The notes under the pieces are model-generated. The model had not been told where the DNA came from. It searched no databases and was given only the letters and a program-made list of their open reading frames with translations. Source: a virus (lineage: Duplodnaviria > Caudoviricetes). Taken from it: DNA of 64,000 nt. Every line of letters begins with the position of its first letter. The stretch's first letter is position 1. Location of the stretch: IMG/VR virus record IMGVR_UViG_3300025011_000016, one strand, 5' to 3'. Position numbers and translations under genes: made by a program. Shown here piece by piece: positions 61,001 to 64,000 of this stretch.

Positions 61001-64000
61001 CAACAAATTTCTCAAAGGAAGTCCCTAAGAATGTTTGAAAGTTTTTCCAACCCTGAACAAAAGTATCTTTTAAGCTCCTAATCATAAGAGTCATTTCATG
61101 TTTTAAAGGATCTATTGCATTTAAGAATGGATTAGCAATACTCTCCCCAAACCATTTTTGTATATTAAGGTTTATCTCTCCGAATTTTAATTTTAAAGGA
61201 GCTAATACTTCTAACTTTGTCCAGTTAATAAATTTCCCGAAAAGTCCTCCTTTTCTTAATTGTGTATCAGCATCGAATTCACCAAACAAAGCCTTTCTCC
61301 ATTTATCTGAAGATAATGCAATACCTGCGGCGGCACCTAATAATGCTCCACCAATAGGACCACCAGGTAATAGCATCGCACCCATTAAACCAAATTTACT
61401 TGTAATCATACCAAGTGCGGCTCCACCAGCCGCACCAGCTCCCATATTACCAAATAAATTTTTATTCTTTCCTTTTCTAAATTGACCAAATAATTTGTCT
61501 ACAACTCCACCTTGTCTTTTTCCATCAGCATCTTTCTCACCAAACATCGCCTTTTGAAAACGTTCGGATCGTACTAATAAAGATGTGCCAACCCCTAATA
61601 TAGCCCCACCGACAATTCCTCCAGGTAAGAAAAATGATGGTAATAAGCCGAAGCTAGTTAATAATGATTTAGCGGCTCCCATACTAGCTCCACCAATTAT
61701 ACCAACCTTATTCTTCTTTAAAAAATCAGTTGTTTTTTTACTAACAAAACCACCAATTCGAGTTCCATTAATATCCTTAGGACCAAACAACCAATTATTA
61801 AATCTATCTGATTGGGATAAGAATCCCATAGTAGTCGCGACTACAGCCCCACCAATAGGGCCACCTGGTAATAATAACGAGCCTAGTAAACCTAATTTAC
61901 CTCCAAATAATAAACCAGCAGTTCCACCTAATAAACCATAAGCTAATGACTTTGGTGCCTTCTTTTTAATATTTTTAAATAGTTCATCCATGACAATATG
62001 ATTCTGATTATCTTTACCACCAATTCGTTTTGGTCCAAACATAGCATCACTAAAGTTTTGGAAACCTTTACCAATACTACTAACAATTCCAGAAAAAACA
62101 CCTTTAGTATTATTAGTAGGATCATTAGTATCTTTCTTGCCAAATAAATATTCTTTTAAATTTCCTTTAAAGTCTTTAAACATCGATTTCAATTCACCGA
62201 AAACACTAGAATTATTATCTGAGAATTTATCACCAGCTCTATTAGTATAACCTTTACCAGTGAAATAATATTTAGCCCCATCCCAGATATCCATTAATGA
62301 ATTTGCAGTTTGGGAGAATACACCATTTTCTCTTGCCCCATTAGCTCCACCCGGATCTCCAAATAGATAATTGGCTAATTTAGAGAGTTTACCTTTAGCT
62401 GTATTAACCATTTCACTATTTTTCAATTTAGTTATAAATCCATCTTTTCCAAAGAGAGCATCTTTAATCGGGAGAAATATCTCTGTCTTCATCCATGTAG
62501 AAAATGTTTCAAATTTAGTTTTCATTAATGATAAAGTCTTAGAAAAAAATGAAGTGTTCTCATCAGTTCCTTGTTTACCAAACACCATTTCATACATGGT
62601 TAAATCTATCTTCTTAAATACACCTGATAATAATTTAACTGGTGCCTGAAATAAATCATTGACTTTCTCTCTAATCATATTATATCTTTCTTGAGCGTCA
62701 CCTTTAAAGAATTTACCTGCCCATTTGAATATATTATTACCTTGATTTGGTCCAGGAACTTTATCTCTTTCACTCACATATGTTCCAATTTGAGCTTGAA
62801 AATCTCCTTCTCCTAGACCCGAATCTGAAAGTGAATCTATTGTTCTTTGACCATGATTCATTCTCTGACCAATTTGAGTTTCAGTTGATGGTGTGATTGT
62901 ATTATTCTTTCGATTTCTTTCTTTTATAATATCTTCTCTTTGTTTCATTCTCTTTAATCCACTACTACTATGAGTCGGTGGAACGAATGGTGAAAGAGGA
63001 TCTGTATTAGTTGACTGATTTGGAAATACTATTATGCCTTTAAGTAATATTTTTTTAATATCACGTAAATAATCTAAACTGTTAAGATCATATGCATCGG
63101 ATGGCAATAACCCTCCGCCTTTTTTTAGTTTAAACTTACTTGGATCTTTAGTATCGCGAGTAAGATGACCATCTATTCCAGCTTCATTAAATATATTATT
63201 AGCATTATTCTTTAAAGGATTCTCCTCGGCATCCATCATGAATCTGTTTTGTTCTCTACGGGCATTAATTACGCCCATACCAAACATCTGTGATTGCATA
63301 TTCTTAGGTAGAGATAGAATCAATTGTCTAAAGAATTTCTGCTGATCCCCTTTAAATTTAAATACATCAGCTAGTTCATCAACGGCATTACCATTTTTAT
63401 CTTTAGTACTAGTTGGATTTACAAGATAATTAGATTTTGCAAGGTTTATAAAGAAACTATCTATATCTTTATAAAATTTATTACGTTCCACACCATCTTC
63501 AATATAAAATGAATTAGCTCTATCTTTTATTTCACTAATAGCATCACTAAATTGATTTAGAACAGTTCTTTCTTTCTGATCATCAAAATCTTTTTTCATT
63601 TGATAAACTGATCCAAATGTTCCCTTATCATAATCGAAACCCATCTCTTCTTTACCTGTTAAAGCAGAGAGTATTTTTCTTAAATATGTTGGTATAACAT
63701 CAGTTATTGATTTCTTAACATACCCATCAAAAGGAACTGGCCCTTTATTAAACTTAGACATATCTACAGATGATTTTGTTTTAACATTAGCTCCAAACAC
63801 CTGACCAAATAATTGCATTATAGGATTATCAGATTTATAAGCTAGTCTGTTAATTTTCATTAGCATGGCTGGGAAAAATCCCTGAAAGGACTTATCCATA
63901 TCTGTCATCGCTGACTTAAGCATATTTGGTATTAAAGCTGTAACTATTTTAGTTGAAATAAAACTTAAGGGTGAGGCCGCAAGGAATTTTAAAGTATCTT
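55068..64000 (-). CDS. Tape measure protein with C39-like peptidase and lysozyme-like domains (5'-partial)
   Basis: Frame open to the window end; Gly/Ala-rich helical repeats; YYSQADDRW..GCGPTSAAMV..GHFVV; KHESNG..IGALQW. Confidence 0.85.
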   Translation of the reverse strand, partial: DTLKFLAASPLSFISTKIVTALIPNMLKSAMTDMDKSFQGFFPAMLMKINRLAYKSDNPIMQLFGQVFGANVKTKSSVDMSKFNKGPVPFDGYVKKSITDVIPTYLRKILSALTGKEEMGFDYDKGTFGSVYQMKKDFDDQKERTVLNQFSDAISEIKDRANSFYIEDGVERNKFYKDIDSFFINLAKSNYLVNPTSTKDKNGNAVDELADVFKFKGDQQKFFRQLILSLPKNMQSQMFGMGVINARREQNRFMMDAEENPLKNNANNIFNEAGIDGHLTRDTKDPSKFKLKKGGGLLPSDAYDLNSLDYLRDIKKILLKGIIVFPNQSTNTDPLSPFVPPTHSSSGLKRMKQREDIIKERNRKNNTITPSTETQIGQRMNHGQRTIDSLSDSGLGEGDFQAQIGTYVSERDKVPGPNQGNNIFKWAGKFFKGDAQERYNMIREKVNDLFQAPVKLLSGVFKKIDLTMYEMVFGKQGTDENTSFFSKTLSLMKTKFETFSTWMKTEIFLPIKDALFGKDGFITKLKNSEMVNTAKGKLSKLANYLFGDPGGANGARENGVFSQTANSLMDIWDGAKYYFTGKGYTNRAGDKFSDNNSSVFGELKSMFKDFKGNLKEYLFGKKDTNDPTNNTKGVFSGIVSSIGKGFQNFSDAMFGPKRIGGKDNQNHIVMDELFKNIKKKAPKSLAYGLLGGTAGLLFGGKLGLLGSLLLPGGPIGGAVVATTMGFLSQSDRFNNWLFGPKDINGTRIGGFVSKKTTDFLKKNKVGIIGGASMGAAKSLLTSFGLLPSFFLPGGIVGGAILGVGTSLLVRSERFQKAMFGEKDADGKRQGGVVDKLFGQFRKGKNKNLFGNMGAGAAGGAALGMITSKFGLMGAMLLPGGPIGGALLGAAAGIALSSDKWRKALFGEFDADTQLRKGGLFGKFINWTKLEVLAPLKLKFGEINLNIQKWFGESIANPFLNAIDPLKHEMTLMIRSLKDTFVQGWKNFQTFLGTSFEKFVGKPFGQFMNDNVMKPLKSFLSTLLNGIGRIFGPLLSAPLRAMEGLSEGLMARHKEQGVAAYRKKRGFWGSVKDSIFNRQAIEDARNSSEGAPYAKELEIAKAKRASDTAAKYNEKKAILDAKWDKLNRRRGVGSDNDYDNFDRNGNVIVDVYRTHGSEGNPIESANTRIAEANNMSNPNQSNKSTFPVVSLDDYRQSKSSNIPTTQSGPTQSRPTLQLVPPINNSQQDNGPTPIMDNSSNKTNTTTLAPQVSKSGKTSTLEFKPQIMNDMASDIKIIAQEVKGQLDGVGSNVFKIRKLLQQQSGIGDEDLSGSSNRDRIGFLGKIKRALYKPFDTAKELLMKPIRYVGDKLSTLGTTIVSVGKAIVKIPVDIAKGMWNFSKEVLNIGKETLLALVKLPLAIVKTVGFALQTVAESLKIVGPAIGESLKGVAKLFSGTLGLVSHSLIGFGKGLGEILLGVGQGLGMITKGIGEAVGKAISGTVGALFKMVPMVTDFMFKSASAITDFTFNVVTSVGQKLLSIGDSLFEIVTSPIKFLAGSIGKMAGWKSEVIIAGGSLDLVKEVRVMQINGSARTLAPTGTDGVTHSGNLTPMPVRIVSSDTLPVRLVSTTPSPNSGSSTRGKVLPFRSISNGMDQITNSMLGAMNIFDTKEDKEDAARAEEAAQEAELNADQKQVSRRTASFTIAQNQAREDREFTQNSQIQEVSLLSNIAGLIKGQRADWLGIFGKAGLITTAALMALPYLKKLFNWFIGKTDSPTDGDHSDTYGNPITDMDTAEHVGKGLVYGTRLLNKKLVEPMVAGGRKMIKTGTKVVNPIVNTGKKVLTKILGKPSSVVKESGLAVIEDSTKMANDVKGSQIAKIQKTIQEMMSKLFAYLGEKCPQAKKGFGAISATVTKVFTKEVLGKTLPKWLAGTARLAGSAATLGLLDATWVTYGLVTGWFEASHLFRVHPEQTDYMMKSISSAMKGMLNFSWFFLINIANDVFVSATQGNTIASSITGGTGFLEMIANYLYAAWAGDDKGIKLENNQGAFKKELEEYNIENNKNLTPDEYNALTNPTIADKVVGGIKNGASYVGGKISQGASYVGNGIVNNTKWVANNMPIVGDFINNDTVKKNLNVTGNGTISTGMRIASGISGGLESASLGILDSEKTAKTIYGIGVTANNFIDTLGINLGKTSEKISTETSTKLDSITGSFRDTWAVMTSIVDEKVAEIKKDVGEKVDLISGSFRDTWSVMTSIVDEKVAGIKKDINEKTEPIVKAFRDTWVVISGYVDDAITPIKSFFKNIADGMKNTFGKIGDKVKNGWNSVVNLFNGNADLELKDANFSTNTTSNVRRGGMGGFNGGFGEAPSTVNNFSYYSQADDRWANVPYDYSPGKGHSPNPAMEKRGCGPTSAAMVVSQLTGKQYTPVQMAKIAQEDGYSTNQGTSWGYFNDIAKKFSMQTTQIDPSSNKGTVRNWLDNGVPIVLSGIRPGSSASENSPFTSAGHFVVAVGNDGPNKVMINDPRGEKYSHSYNMNTVMNEAKQAWGFKYGGGPIPTPSTDTPSSSPSVAKKEGPFSGEDLFSKLSELMGIYTENAFFGRNDQLSWGTDDTGSPIQAPSSTAGIDFIPKNLQDAILKKTAEETIKHESNGNYTFAKNDINGSTGQSISPSIGALQWRGGYAKQLMQNMAAKLPGNSEANYFANKVNWNSNSPWSNSEQTRLQNFLTSNYGITKQVEDDMIMNHVRDTNLSQVYKYGVVPKKIADPRSIVFLGDFANTGPANISPFMSAYSKTSQTGKSEFDHLYNEFKAKSYWGKHSGIYSGRMSGLYSDLSDWDPEQGGYGAQHVPGGFGELTDSITSKLTSNPDNGTVMNNLSFPSFSSGSSPAVRSYMSNNQQASNTGSFSDELLSEAIHVLQSIASNTGNTTDGIRSLSNMKIQVDVSNNQPPTSGNTSQNNIIIAPGQTSTSINPFMGMGTKKEDKESRNYEVAKTIARGRIT
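57200..57430 (-). repeat. 99-bp (33-aa) tandem repeat in the TMP
   Basis: SFRDTW(A/S)VMTSIVDEKVA.IKKD repeated 2-3 times. Confidence 0.8.

Noticed and set aside
55889-62649. Many antisense and alternate-frame ORFs over the TMP (and similar ones over head and chaperonin genes)
   Set aside because: Shadow ORFs opposite long genes, without RBS support or recognisable motifs
1-64000. CRISPR array, tRNA or rRNA genes
   Set aside because: No regularly spaced repeats or cloverleaf/rRNA signatures seen by eye
1-64000. Phage-nucleus genes (chimallin, PhuZ) or a tnpA transposase
   Set aside because: No recognisable motifs in this window; absence here says nothing about the rest of the genome

Overview
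Very AT-rich segment of a jumbo tailed-phage genome. It is most similar in organisation to the Bacillus AR9/PBS1 group, and the strong AGGAGG ribosome-binding sites and SH3b domains suggest a Firmicutes host. It carries replication and transcription genes: the 3' part of a family B DNA polymerase, a primase, a GroEL-like chaperonin, an AR9 gp226/phiKZ gp68-like RNAP promoter-specificity subunit, and a beta'-like RNAP subunit. It also carries a long virion module with baseplate proteins, a family of internal head paralogues, SH3b-tagged tail proteins and a >2950-aa tape measure protein. The main structure missed by the ORF track is six group I introns, whose splice sites can be read from P1 pairings and frame restoration. 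Two interrupt the gp226-like gene. Three interrupt the beta' gene and leave a 9-nt micro-exon (Tyr-Asp-Gly) inside the catalytic DxDGD motif. One is a TnpA-less IStron (intron + tnpB + omegaRNA) in a baseplate gene. Two further pieces of that element lie elsewhere with different 3' flanks, i.e. different putative guides: a tnpB copy without the intron core, and an orphan omegaRNA. Other notable items are AR9-type AACA-N6-TA late promoter motifs, a TATATATTAT motif before non-structural genes, an SD-rich non-coding region, HTH-alphaCTD fusion proteins and catalytically dead prohead-protease paralogues. All calls come from reading motifs by eye; no searches were run.
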